Source of the DNA: Bigelowiella natans CCMP2755
Lineage: Eukaryota; Protista; Cercozoa
NCBI GenBank assembly: GCA_000320545.1
Contig: ADNK01000544.1
Span: 124,001-188,000 of the forward strand
Length of the DNA stretch: 64,000 nucleotides
Direction: 5' to 3'
Positions 13,958 to 28,738 of the stretch are shown here, piece after piece (the stretch's first letter is position 1; each line of letters begins with the position of its first letter). Under the pieces are notes generated by a model. That model did not search any database, was not told where the DNA came from, and saw only the letters and a program-made list of their open reading frames with translations. The translations under genes and the position numbers were made by a program.

Positions 13958-15910
13958 ATGAAGAAGGAAGAAATACCACTGGTATGTAATTGGAAAAGGG
14001 AATTCAACTAGAATCCTGTAGTTCTTATTTTTTTTCTCTCGTTTCTCTCGAACAGAACGGTCTTTTCCTTGCTGCGAAGTCAAACGACACCAAGAAATTG
14101 AAAGCACTCATTGAAGTAAATTATATATGAAATATTAATTTATGTGTCGACATTAAAAATGTCATCGATTAATATTGATCACCAGAGCAAAGAAGATCCA
14201 AATCTAGAGGATGAAGATAATTGGGTTGTCAAAAAAAAATTTATAGTAACAGTTTGAACTAATAATGAGTCGTTTCAGACACCTCTCCACTGGGCAGTTA
14301 AATATCGCAACATTGAAGCCGTAGAGCTTCTTATCGAAGCAAAGGTGATGCATTAATTGAAAACAAATTTTGATCGTAAGCTTATATTTTATAATTTTTT
14401 GTTAGACGAAGCCAAACGAGAAAAATGATTATGGCCAAGTAGGATTTATAAATTGACCCTGAAGTCACACTGACAATATGATAACTCTCTCCAGTCACCT
14501 TTGCATCTAGCTGTTGAAAAGCAAGGAGGAAGCTATGAAATTGCGAAGTTAGAGTTATACTAAGTAAATGGGTAAAATAATGAAGACGAATTTGAAATAT
14601 TTATAGAAAATTATTGGAAGCTGGTGCAGATCCAAATCTTCGAGATAAGGCGCACATCACCCCTTACGAGATCACGATTCTTGAGAAAAACATACCCATG
14701 ATAAATCTGCTTCGTAAATCAAATGCAGACCCTGGTAGGTCGTTTTTAAATTGAAATCTTTCCATATGTAGTAACATAAAACCTAAAAGGTACGTTCAAA
14801 CGACGAGTTCTTCCTGTCAATTCTTCAATCCGAGGTATATCTAATATTCAAACATAGAAGACCGTCTTAAATCATATTTTGATTTCAATTTGCTCTAGCA
14901 ATGCGAGTGATGAATCGAGCAAGAGCAAAGCTCCAAGTTTCTTGTAATTAGTCATACTTTATGCTATGTTGAAGAGATTTAGAAGGTTTAAACCATTGAT
15001 CTTTTAGATAAAGATAGTAGTGGGCGCGTTACAAAGTTAGAACTAGGACCTGGAAACGCTGAAAGGTAATATTCTTCAGAATCATAAACCCAAATACTTA
15101 AATATTGTGATACTATAGAATTCCAGTAAACTGTGAAATAGTGATGCGACCTAAAGGACAGGTTTGCTATCAATTATTATCATCCTATATTTTTTGAGTT
15201 TTTCACTTTTCCACACTAAGGCCAAAAAAGAGAATCCCGACGATAATTCGGAAATAGATTTCAAGTTTCTTAAAAGCGACAGGTAGACATAAGTTTTATA
15301 CTATTGTACGATTATATTATAATGTATTACATTTTTAAAGGAGGGTCCTGATCTGTAATTTGAAGGTAGATACACAATTTCCCGACTCGAATTTATTGTA
15401 TTATTATGGCTATTATTTTTCTGACTTAACATGAGATTGGGCTGCAAGAGTCCTATTATAACAGGCATGCAGTGCATGGTATATGTTACCCCTAAGGACC
15501 ACCCAAGTTCCTTATTCTGCAGAAAATTGAATTTAATACACCCGGTTTCTATGCAATCACGGCGTGTAATAATGTCTTCTGAAGCAAAGAAGGTTGTTCA
15601 GTCATAGGATGCGTAACAATTTTACCTAATTTATATATGCTCGCAGCTGGCATCTTTTCAGCAAGAACACGATGTCCAGGTGGAATTAAGGATGATATGT
15701 TTTGGATCATGGGGTACGTATGGTCTACTTTTCTTTTTTAACCTCGTCGTTCGTCTGAATCAGACATAACAAATAGGTCCAACAGAGAGTCCTGAATCAG
15801 AGGCGCATCGTCTGTTTCTAAAGTACGCATTGCATCAGCAGGGCGGGAAGAATAGCTTCAAGTCAAATACGATGAAATCAAAAAAAGATATTCCACAGTC
15901 CAGTGAGTAG
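13958..15910 (+). CDS. Ankyrin-repeat protein with an EF-hand-like motif; many short introns
   Basis: Spliced: LFLAAKSNDTKKLKALIE|SKEDPNLEDEDNW|TPLHWAVKYRNIEAVELLIEAK|TKPNEKNDYGQ|SPLHLAVEKQGG...KLLEAGADPNLRDK; DKDSSGRVTKLEL is EF-hand-like. 3' exon structure uncertain. Confidence 0.8.
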
Positions 15911-16049
15911 GAATCTTAAATATAAACCATAATTTTTAGATGTAAAAATATTGCTTGCATGCGATGCAAAAATTATAGCTAGTTGCTAATTTGTAGTAAA
16001 TTTATTCGAATAATTGGATTTAAGCACATTATTACATGATTAGCAAATT

Positions 16050-16880
16050 GAGCCCCATAGTTCCATAATCCGCCATGCACATAAATTAAATGAGGCATCA
16101 CTCCCTTTCTGATGGCTACTTTCTTAAATGCCACATGTTGCAATCAAAAAGTTGGATCATGACACGATGATGACAATCAACGACATCTTTAACGAATTTA
16201 CAAATGGTGAGAAAGGAGTCGAAATGGACAGGATGTACTAGTGCATCCGTCCGTTCACTCGTTCCTCTGTTCGCTTCTTGTCCTTGTTCATTTTGGACTC
16301 AGTGTGGGCTGAGCTTGCTAGCTTGATCACCTTCTTCTGAGAGTGTAATCTCATCTTTCACCCACTCTAGCACCACTAGTCTAGCCCGGCTAGCCGGCTA
16401 ACACGATGTGGAATGCACTTCTAGACTTTGCGATGCATCTCTAGCAGATCTCTAGATCTAGCTAGCTCTACTACAGTCTAGAGCTAGCTAGGCATGCTGA
16501 TGCCGACACATTTTGGCATTGAATGAGAGTGCACAGCTAGCTCGATGGATCTAAACACATGTGATTCCAGCACTGCACATCTAAATGTGTCAAACATGCC
16601 TAGCTAGCTAGATGCCCATCATTTTTTACTGGTTCAGATGCTTTGTTAGTTTGCGCTCCGACACTCTCTACTACTAGTACTAGTCTAGACTCTAGTGCTC
16701 ACATCTAGAATCTAGACTTTTTTGTCGTGTCGTAGCAGTGTGCATCAGCAGCATGCAGATCAATAGAACTGCCTGCGTCGTTGCGAACTGCATTAGGCCT
16801 TGTTCATTTTGACCGAAACAGCACTTTTGGCATCATGCATTTGAATTTACATGATTCTAGGGAATCACGAGTAGATGTAC
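16050..16880. other. TpA-depleted, CTAG-dense island between convergent genes
   Basis: About 22 CTAG counted by eye in 16367-16716; other TA contexts are scarce in the core. Confidence 0.75.
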
Positions 16881-16989
16881 AACAGAAGTGCAGTATCATC
16901 ACTTCACCATATTTCAGGTATGATTAACTCGAAAACAGAACCAAAAAAGCGCAAGCTAGAACAGTGAAAATCAAAATTTACTTTTGCAT

Positions 16990-18229
<1,240 letters not shown>

Positions 18230-18533
18230 TGAAAAGATATCAATTGGTGTCCAATTAAGTCGGAATTAAGGCCAAAATGCTCATGAGACAACAGCATTAA
18301 AGCAGATAATGAAAAAGGCAGCACTCACATTTTGACGGTCGAGAGGTTGATTGTGCTGATCACAAATGCAAGGATTTTCCATCTGCGACGATATGATGTA
18401 CCATGTCGCGCGGATATATGTGCTCACATTTAGAAGTGCTGATTGCTCGTTGGGTAGGACCTTGAAGTAACATCACAGAACAACCAGAATAATGTTACAT
18501 GATAAGATGAAATTATGATAAGAACTCATAGAC

Positions 18534-21500
18534 ATGAAGTCTGAGGAAAGGAAAGGGATGGAAGACTGCAGCGAAAATGAAGATGAAGAATCAAACAATG
18601 ACTTTGTTTCGAAATTTAAAGAGCTCACAGTTTCTGTTAAGGTTTTCCATGATCTAGCGCATTAGTTATTTTATCAAATTATGAAGCTCAATCATTTCAG
18701 GAAGGGGAGTCTCATCATGAGCGCCCTTATTCACATCGATATTCAATTCCAAGTGATGTTGCAATAAGGTATGAGTAATAGTAGTATTGAGTACCTCGTA
18801 CCAGACAAAATACACAACGTTGTCTCTTGATCGCATAGCATCTTTGATTTGTTGCAGGTCCTTGCACATTGACAGAGATACTACTGCAGATACAGAATTT
18901 CGGTCCCGAAGTAAAACAACCCACCCATTTGAACTTGAATCCTATCCAAGGTCCTCACACCTGGGTCTCAATAATGAACGAAACAAGTCGACATTTTTCA
19001 TTCACACGGCACTTAGTTTTGAGATGCTTGCTGTCGGGTCTACGTCTTACTACCCTCCCGTTCCACCGTCAACGCCAAATCCTGCGAAAAAATTGGGAAC
19101 ATATCTGGAGGAAATGCAGTAAGCTTCCTTTTCATCTTATGGAGTCGCAAGGTAATAACGACGGAAATGTTGAAAGAGGGGCAAAGAACGAAAAGTGCAA
19201 GGAAGAAGAAACACCAATGCGTGATGAAACAAGATATTCTACATCGTATGATGGGCTAACCTTATCGGTACGATATCAAAGATGTAGTTTGGTGATTTGA
19301 CAAGATATGTGAATTCATAGATACGAAATAAAGATCCTAGGGCACCGCCGGTTTCTCCTCTTAATTCGATATCTAACTTTGGGCCTTCCGGTAGCCACGA
19401 ATCATTACCACCACAGGTAGTTGTATTTACTTCATTTTCTTCATACCTTATTACCATACACCTTGGAACAACAGGTGACACACCAGGTTTCACTTGCAAG
19501 TCGGAATTCAGATACTGTATCTTCAGTCGCAATGTAATGTGATTAAAATCCATTCAACAAAATTGAACTGTATCCTATACTGCAGGTCGGATTTTCGTCA
19601 GCAAATAGAAGCACCGGAGAACTCGATAGCATCGGTTAACATGTCTGTAAACTCAAGCATAAGTGATCTGAGCAGTATTTCGAAGGTTGTCAAATTTGAG
19701 ATAGAACTTTATTTGGACATCCCATACATGCATCAACACTTTAAAAAAAAGGTGGCATATCTGTCCCCCAAAACTCCTAAATCGCCCTCTAGATCAAAAT
19801 CAAGTAAACGCGATGTTTCAGCGGAGGTCATACAATATGTGAAATAAATTATATATATTTTTTTACGATGCAATGATGCAGTGTTAACACGTACTACGTA
19901 GGAACCAGGTGAGCTAAAAAATGGGAGTGCCATTTCTGGTAATCAAAAGTTCAAAGACAGAAAAAGCTCGCACCCTTTCGGTAATAACAGCAACAGAAAG
20001 CACCGAAAGAAAAATTTTTGGATATGGGACGGTTTTGCAATCAAAGATGGGCTTCTGAAGAAGAGAAGCCCTGGGATGTTGAAGGTCTTACTATTTGATC
20101 CAAATCCGCTATATTTATTGCAAGTATTTCAAATCACAGCAATGGCAACAAAGATTTTTTTATCTTAAGAACGACAAGCTATATTACTTCAAAGAGGTGG
20201 TTTAGCTTTTGCCATAAACAGGATAAAACTCAGGATTCTATATCTAAATCAGAAAGCCTATCGACCGTCGGGATGCATAGACCTTCGCACCGTATTATTA
20301 TATTGAAATTATACTTATCACGGAATGTAATTTTGTGCTGTGACAGATCTCTAAAGTCATAGACCATGACAGAGATGTCAATAGGTGAATCAAAACAAAC
20401 TTGACGGTAGGTTTGACCCAGACATAACTATTGTCAGGTTTAAGATACTAGTGAAGAAGCGAGTGTATGATATCAAAGCGGAAACCAGGAGCTCAAAGGA
20501 GGTATAATCATGATGAAGTTACTTCATAGCATCTCAGAATTTTTCTGTACAAGGATTGGATGCGATGTATTAATGGGAATCGCACGTCCTTGTTAAAGGT
20601 CGTGTAAATAAATTTTAAAAATTAAGGTGCTTGACATAAACCCATGCACAGTTGACTCGCCCTGTAGAAATAAGATGGCAACAAAATACAACTTGGAATC
20701 CTGATGGTCCAGATGGCAGGCCCTCATCCGCGTCGGAAATGAAGCGGTATCAAATCAAGGGGAATTTCTAAACTTGTTTTGTTGCCTGATGGTGTAATAT
20801 CTTTTGAATAAAAGATCTCTGCTGTCCATAAGCTGGAGAAATTATCTGAAAGTATGACGTTTCGAGTTTAAGGGTCCATCAATACACTTATAATTTCCTT
20901 TGATTAGGTTGCAAAAACTGGAGATTTGTTTCTTTTCGAAACAGCTAGTATTCGAGGAAGGTGTTCGTATTCTAGATAGATGTGTCATACATAACACAAT
21001 ATTTGATACACAAGATAAGTTAAGGTGTTAAGGCAATAGCTGCTAAATGCAATATAAATTGAGGGCATGTATATGAGAAAGTCAATAGAATATTATTCTC
21101 AAATTTATAATCAGTTTAATTCGGACTGCTACACTGAGTCGCTACGATCATGTTGCTGTTGCTCTTAAATTTGGAAGCTCAAAGTCAAAAGACCAACCAA
21201 TTTCAATAGGTATCTTATATTTGCTATCACGATGTAAGATATGAAAATTCTATACTGACAATGTGTAAAGTTGGCATAAGTTTAGATTATTGAAAGAATT
21301 TTCCCTTTGTTGAACACTTGCTATAGGAGTGCTGGAAGCTACGGGAAACATGGTACATTATGATTCCTGTACGAATTTTGACGGGAGCAATCGAATATTT
21401 GAAATATACTAATAGGGTGTTCGAATTCACAACTTCACTGGATTTGCACGGTCTTGGCATCAACAGTGAGACTTAAAATTTTACGTTAAAAACTCAGTCA

Positions 21501-22353
21501 TATGAAATTTGTGCAACTTTTGAAAGGTACATTACTATCGCAGTTCGGCGTTTACGTTTAAGCTCGGTATTGAAAGTTTGTACGAAATAATCAATGTGAT
21601 TCTTGCGCATGTAGTTTTGGCATCAATATGAAGTTCAATGTTCAAACGTAACAATTGTGGAAACGTCAATGTTTACGATTAAAGGTTGATTCAGACATTG
21701 GATCAAAATTTAGTCAGTTTGTGAAGGCGGCTATGGGCAAGGTGGCCATCAATTAACCGCGGTTTCAATGATATTCAGAAACTGAAACATTTTGATAGAG
21801 ATATAAATGGACGCCGACCATGCACTTTCGGAGAAAAACCGTCCATTCGGTACATGTACATCTGCTCTAGGGCGAAATACTTTGTTCAGTGAAACACATT
21901 CTATAAAAAGGACGACGATCAAAGAACATATATGTGCTCTGAGCTTGCTGCCAAATCATACAAAGTCATGGGGCTTCTACGGTCTGACGTACCTTCATCA
22001 ACCTATCTTCCAGGATCTTTTCAGGATTCATCAGGTATACTATATGTGTAAAATAAGATAACAGGTAATCAAAAAGTTTGCCAGTAATTTGCGTGAATAC
22101 ACGTACGTGTATACATGATTTAGAACAACATAGAAGTAGTCAGAGATGTCTATTATTCTGATTTTCAATTTATCTAAATTCACATTTTAGGACTCATATT
22201 TTTGGCGGGTGCTCGACTTGATCCTGAGTAGGCAATTTTGTCCGCATTTCAGTTTTTCCACAGATGGTTATTTCTGATTGTATGTCTATGTGTGCTCTAT
22301 ATTATATCGTGTTTACCCCACTGTGTGCCAATCAACTTGCAGGCTCAAGATAG
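18534..22353 (+). CDS. PH-domain plus permuted papain-like (YiiX/NlpC-P60) amidase-domain protein, multi-exon
   Basis: PH: IKDGLLKKRSPGMLKQWQQRFFYLKNDKLYYFKE...GCIDL...EDWMRCI. Permuted NlpC/P60: KTGDLFLF...IRTATLSRYDHVAVAL...VLEATG...YMCSELAAKSYKVMGLL...YLPGSF. Confidence 0.8.
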
Positions 22354-22399
22354 ATTTTCAGAAATAAGACGCTATAGGAACTATTGAAGATTCAATTTC

Positions 22400-23400
22400 A
22401 TAGCGCTCTAGCTTGACTTGTCAGCAGCTGCTGTCTTCAAAACATTGTTAAATGTGTGAATAAGAGCTGTGCTTGTCATGTCAACGAATAAACCACTATT
22501 GCATTGATTGTTATATTGTTGCGATTGGATGTGACAATCACGAATGCCAATGCCGACTACATGCATCGCATGGTCCGAATGATTGTTGTTTCTGTGCAAG
22601 CAATTTGTCCCCTGTGACGAGAGCACTGCAAACACCATTGAGTCGTCAGAAGCGCAGAAGCGCACGCGCACGTGCATGCCTAAACAGCAAGCGCGTCGCA
22701 TTCACGCCTCCAAGTGGATCGTGCGATCCGATCCAAAGATGCGCATCCATTAGACAGATCTAGACGTGATCTACCGCATGTTTGACCGCGACGAATGATG
22801 AAAACACCTAGACACCCTCTAGCCTTTGATGCTAATGACAGAATTAGCATGGCCTAGTTAGCTCTAGAGCTAGACTGCTAGACTAGTAGATGGCATTGTT
22901 GTGCATGCAATTGTCGCGCTCACTCTGAGGAACTTTCTCAGAAGCGAGGACTCCATGCGCACGTTCTGAGATTGTTCCACGAGCGACGCACATCACGTCG
23001 CTGTGCAGCGTCTCAGGACACTGCACGTCGCGTGTGGACTGTGGCGTGCAACCGTGCGCCACACAATGCTGGAATGTGCGAGTGTGTGCAGCAGCAGAAC
23101 GTGCACATCTAGTATATCTCGACATGCCGCTAGCTAGCTAGCACGATTGCAATGAGGGGCATTGTGCCTGGCTGCCCCTGTGCTCGCTGCATGCTTGCGC
23201 GATGCATCGACACGCGCTAGCGCGCGCGCATGACTAGATGTGAAGTGATGACTTAAAGGTGTCGTTCTGCGTTGTGGTTGCAGTGTCATGTCTAGTGAGA
23301 ATTTCATCATAATTATTCCTTACCGCGCTAGTCTATTAGCGCGTTTCAGTCTTTCGATGATCTGCTACTGTACATTATGCCATTCCTAGATTTAGATGCA
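22400..23400. other. TpA-depleted, CTAG-rich island (decayed repeat) between convergent genes
   Basis: Abundant TGCA/CATG/CACA/TGTG; TA mostly within CTAG (e.g. gcctagttagctctagagctagactgctagactagtag near 22852). Confidence 0.7.
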
Positions 23401-23607
23401 CAACCACGAGGTTCTATTTCTACTTTTCTTTGTTTGGACGACTTGTTAGGGTTGAAAGAAAGGAATTGTCTAGATCGTGCTTGACTCGTCATACATGACA
23501 TCGATTAATTGTCTTAAACTATTATTGTACATTTTTGTCCCTACTAAATTTTGATTCGTTCGATCATGCTTGCGTTTGACAAAAAAATCTTTAGAAAATG
23601 CATTAGT

Positions 23608-25726
23608 TCACTTTTCAACGGTTCTGGTGAGAGCATCAAGTTGTGAATCTATGTCTTTCGATATAATTTCGTTGCTATTTAAAGCATTAGCAACAACAGC
23701 AACATCCTTTCTATTCTTTTCTTCAGCAGTAACAGCAAGAGAGAAAGAAGGCGGCTTAGGCTTAGAGCTTCGCGGGGTGTTTTGCCCTAACATGCCTGGA
23801 AGCGTTTCCTTTCTTTTTGTTCTATCAACCGCCGCCGTTATTGTTGCAGCTGCCGCTGTTGTTCCTTTATTTTGAAAGAGATTCAGCGATCGTGATCGTT
23901 GAAGCTCATGAAACTCGGCTAAATTAAGGTATTGAAGTATCTCTTCCGCAGATGCAAGACGCCGAATTAACTAAACAGGATAAACGTATTCATTAATTTT
24001 TTTGAATAACATATATATACTTATACGTATCTTCGTCAATAATATGACATCTCTGAGTCCGTCATTAATCTCATCTGATGAGGATTTGTTGCTGCGACAA
24101 TAGTAGGCAGCACCAGGCGCGACGTCATCGTGATTTTCATTCTTCTAAGTCGTTCTACTTACATCGTCTGTAGATAGTTCACTAATTGGTCCAAGGTATT
24201 GAGCACCCTGTATGTTGCCACAAATTCAACAATGTTATTCCATATTAGGAATACTTTCACCAGGAGGTAAAAGAACGCAACAAAAGTTGAAGGCAACAGT
24301 GGTCCATTTTACTACTGCTACTACAATAATAACCCGATCTTCATCCAGCTTTGATAAGTATTTGCGAAGCGATTTCCATAGGGTGGTGGTTACATTTTTA
24401 AGGCCTGGCAACAAAACGCCAAGAGAGATTAGTTGGGCAATTGCCATCATCAAAGGCTATCAGTACGTCTAATAGTTGACATTGTAGTCTTTACAGTTTT
24501 CGTTATTTTAGTACCGGTTAGAGCAGATTTATGTGGAATTCCCGGCGATCGAAGCACCCTATCACTGTTAGGTTCCCCACGATGCTGGCCACCACCTAGT
24601 CGCACCATTTTGTTGCCGCTTGAACTGGTTGTAGAGCTAGTTGCGGCCATTGCCCTTCTTTTGTTATCTGCAGATACATTACTCAGTGGAGTCATGGGGT
24701 ACCCTGCAGGTTGCTTCTTTTCCCAATGAGAGGGGGGGGTGGAAGTAGGAAACGCGGCAGCTCTAGTCCTTTTCATTCCCGCTGTATTTGAAAATGAGGA
24801 AGATAGTTGAGCCATGTAAGGACTTGCTGCCGCCACTGCTTGGTGATGCGCTTTGACTTGGACGACCGGAGAGGCATGAAGGATTTTTGAAGACGCAGGT
24901 AGCGGTTGCACTCTTGGCAACTGCTGCGCTTTGCTGGCTCTATCCGTAGTACCTAAACGAGTCTGTGCCGGTGAACTTAGCACTGAATCATAGGACGCAT
25001 TTGTAAGAAAGAAATCATGGCATATGCACTCAATAAGAGACAGTTTTTAGGAATGAATTTAGTAGTTCTACCTGTAGCAATTGGAACTGCAGTTGGAGTG
25101 GCAGTCGCAGTTGCAGTCGCCGCAAGAGCTAATGGTGTGCCTCGTGGAGAGGGTGAGGCATAAGAAGAGCGTATAGCTTGTTGCTGTTGGTGCTGCTTCT
25201 GTCCCGAAACCGGATATACCCCCCCCCTAGAGGCAGGGGTGGCAGGTTTTGCAGTGACGTTTTTTTGGGTTTGGTTTCCGCCGCCAATAATTCCACTCCG
25301 ATGCGACACAGGATAAGCTGCTGAGACTGTAGTGAATGGAAGATACGAAACACATCACAACAGGCGTACAAAAAGCAAAACAGTAATGGATTAACCGCTT
25401 TTAGAATGAGTCAGATACCTCGATTCTGGGCAATAGACAGCCCTACACCTCTTCCTTGCGCTGAAGTTGCCTGCGACGACGAAGATTGTGGGGTAGACGT
25501 AGCTGCAGAAAAAAATTGTGCTAGATATCGCTGTTGCTGCTGAGCTATTTGCTGTTGCATTTGGATTCGGCGCTGGTCCATAGCTTTGTCGAGATTCACA
25601 GGTATAGTTCCCACTGCTTGAACAAAGGCTTGCAGTTGCTGCATTGATTGCATAGCATACATCGGATTCTGCGGAACTCCCACGCCAATTTTGGTGTTTC
25701 CTGCTAATATAAAACACCATAATAAT

Positions 25727-25761
<35 letters not shown>

Positions 25762-26182
25762 GTGTGTGTTTGTGTGTGTGTAATCATCATTACTTAGAAA
25801 TGTGCTCATATAATTGCTATCCTTTTTGTTAAAGTTTATTCTATTTTCCCAAGTACATGTTTTCAGATACATCTACAAAAGTCCAGTGGGTTTTATCACA
25901 AAAATGGTTCTTCATCCATCGCGTGAACGTCGGGTAAAGAGAATTCAAATTAAAGACAAGATTCAAAATCATACCTAGGATCGGCCTTGCCTGACTTTTC
26001 GTGGTAGTATTTGGCACCGACCCTTGCGGATTATGTGGGATCTGTGATTTTTCGCCAACATTGGAGGATGGGGATGGTGTTGTCTCTTCTTTCTTGACAG
26101 TACTAGAATCTTTGACGCCAGCAGAAGCCTGTGGACTTGCACTGGTTGCTTCCTTAATATTACTACTCATTTTCGTAATCAT
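23608..26182 (-). CDS. Multi-exon low-complexity (Q/S/T/A-rich) hypothetical protein
   Basis: Successive minus-strand ORF segments 25841-26182, 25411-25700, 24977-25309, 24450-24983 and 23608-23793 with GT-AG borders; no domain recognised. Confidence 0.6.
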
Positions 26183-26708
26183 CTTCCCGATATTCCAGCA
26201 TGCTATAATTAATCTATCAACTAATCAAGTCCTGTTCCGCATCGTCTCCCTCGGGAACCTCCCCGCTCGCTCCTTTGTTAGTGCCTACACGAACTCCCCC
26301 ACCAGTTGATTAATAACTGCATTCAAATTATTAACGAACACGTCATATAGAATATCTATCAAGATACATGTAATGGATATCTTAAGACATGGAAATTAGC
26401 TAGAATATCTGTGAAATAGCGAATGTTTCAGTGTCCCGTTTCGAGAAATAATTTGAAAATCAGTGCTCGTACGATTTTTAATTTTATTAAATTTAACATT
26501 TCGTCTTTCTTCTCGGCACTACAGCTAATCATGTCGCAGAGCGGACGTAATGCCTTCCCGCTAAGTTCTTGCTTTTGGGCAACATTGCTTCTACACCTCC
26601 GAAAATAAACCAAAATCAAGGTAATTTCGTGTGCAGCAGAGGATTTACGGAGTGGCGGGCTGATATGCTTTCCGAACATCTAAACAGGAGTAAAACGAAA
26701 ACATATTT

Positions 26709-27431
26709 ATGTCGCAAGTTGTGAAGCCACTGTGTTTTTGGAATAAACGATACTTCGGCGAACACGAACGAAGCCGCCCACCTCCCAAACCGCCAACCAT
26801 GATTGCAGATCACGATATGAAAATTGTTTCAAATAGAAAATACCAGAGCAAATCGTCTACCAAATCTTCATCTTTATCGAAGAAGCGTTCCAGGTGTGGG
26901 GGCGCGGAATCGTCTTCCCGATCGAACGCTGTTAAAATTCATAAGCTACCCAAAGGCTCCCTCCTGTACAGGGTTCATCATGTTCCCGTCAGTCAGCGAG
27001 TTGAGCTCAGAGAACTGGAAAATGATGACCAAAGTTGGATTTTATTCTCAAATTCTACGAAGTTTATCGGTTCTTCTCCACTCGGAACAAAATCTAGAGT
27101 CGTTGAATACCGTACATCCTCACAGATGAAGCTTCTTGCGATTGAAAGTATGCCCAGTACAAGATGCATCCGCAGTTCCAAGGATATGGATTTAGACGTT
27201 AAAGGAGACAATTTTAGAGAGAAAAAAATTGGAGGAACACCCACCAAGTCCCGTCCGGAAATGTTAATACAGGACAGAGTAGAAGCTGAAAGTCTTGACG
27301 GATGGATTTCCGGGAGGCGAATCTGTTTAAAGGATGACTCAAGGATTCGATTGGTGGACGATGATAAGAAAACAGGCCTTTCTCAACAGCTTCTAACAGA
27401 CATGTTTCTTAGACTGAGTATGAAGAGCTGA
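26709..27431 (+). CDS. Intronless 240-aa protein with an ADP-ribosyltransferase/RES-like motif pattern
   Basis: Uninterrupted ORF; motif order LPKGSLLYR ... WILFS ... VVEYRTSSQMKLLAI ... LDGWI resembles ART/RES-fold proteins. Confidence 0.6.
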   Translation: MSQVVKPLCFWNKRYFGEHERSRPPPKPPTMIADHDMKIVSNRKYQSKSSTKSSSLSKKRSRCGGAESSSRSNAVKIHKLPKGSLLYRVHHVPVSQRVELRELENDDQSWILFSNSTKFIGSSPLGTKSRVVEYRTSSQMKLLAIESMPSTRCIRSSKDMDLDVKGDNFREKKIGGTPTKSRPEMLIQDRVEAESLDGWISGRRICLKDDSRIRLVDDDKKTGLSQQLLTDMFLRLSMKS

Positions 27432-27778
27432 AGATTACATCTATCGGCTGCTAATCGATGAGAAGAATATTTTATTAATAAAAAAACAGTTTATTATATG
27501 TAAGCACGTAAACGATACGTTCATTCGAGACTTCCTGTATGCATGGAACTATACATTAGATATAAATACTATGTGATAGGATGAAAACTATCTTGCAATC
27601 ATATCGGCACGCGTATATAGCATCTAGAGCATGTACGTGAGTCGGTGCGCTCATGAGCACGAATGATTAAGCTATAAATAATCTAGATAATACCATTTTC
27701 ATTTTTCTGTACTGAAATGTGTGTGATATATCTCTATATACAACAAATGTACTTGCATTAACTATAGACACAGTATAT

Positions 27779-27815
<37 letters not shown>

Positions 27816-27819
<4 letters not shown>

Positions 27820-28299
27820 CGGATGTAATGAAATGTTTAAATTTTTTCAATGGTCATCCTAATATAGCTGTGCAATGATGCAGCGGCTACAGCGCTTAAA
27901 TAGTGTCTGTTTGTTTCCTTGGTCACATGTTGCATGCATGAAAATGCATCATGATTTGGTCTAGCATGTCGTGCTTTGCGCGCAGCTTTGCGAGTTGCTT
28001 TTTCTGCGGTAGTGAGACACGTAGTCTCATCGTTGCGATCCATGATGGCCGTCAGTTGTTTGTTGATTCTGAGTCTCTGTGGTCCGTATTTTCTGCATTG
28101 CAGAATGTGGTCCATGTCTTGCAATGTGTTGCATGTGTCGCACATTGCTTCCAATTTTGTGCGTTGTCCTCTGGACAGCAAAAAAGTTCCAATGTTGCCA
28201 ACACCACAGATGGCGCGCATCCATGATGTAGCAATCTAGCAATGCTTGGCAGCTTCAATGTGATTCCTGTTGTGCGAGAGCCAGGCATGAAACCAAGTT

Positions 28300-28301
<2 letters not shown>
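27816..28301 (-). mobile_element. 5'-truncated non-LTR retrotransposon 3' end flanked by (TA)n arrays
   Basis: ORF 27837-28220 has the LINE ORF2 C-terminal zinc knuckle (RAICGVGNIGTFL...CDTCNTLQDMDHILQC); (TA)n lies at 27782-27815 and 28304-28339. Confidence 0.75.
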
Positions 28302-28342
<41 letters not shown>

Positions 28343-28738
28343 GCGTACGTCCACATTGTATTACAGCAGCACGCCGACGTTGCATCACCGTATTATCCGT
28401 ATGTAGGGCTACACGCACTAGCGCACATAGTAGTAGCTCTCTATAGCTTATTTGCACGCTGGCGCGGACACATCATCATATGATGTATTATAAGCACTAT
28501 GCGCAACCGCATCGCATCGTCACATAGCACTATATACACTGTGTGCAAGGCGCTTATTTGTATTACTCGATGTTGTCAACAATCACATACACATATCTAG
28601 ATATGTACAAGATGTCGTATGTGCGTGCAGTCATGTGTCGTGACACACTAGCGCAGAATGTAGCCACAGCATGTAGCTCGTGCAATAATGTCATATGTTA
28701 TTATGTTTATAATATAAGAACTTTCTTTCCCCGTCATC

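Noticed and set aside
16367-16716. CTAG clusters as a CRISPR-like or regularly spaced array
   Set aside because: Spacing is irregular, the repeat is only 4 bp, and there are no cas-like genes.
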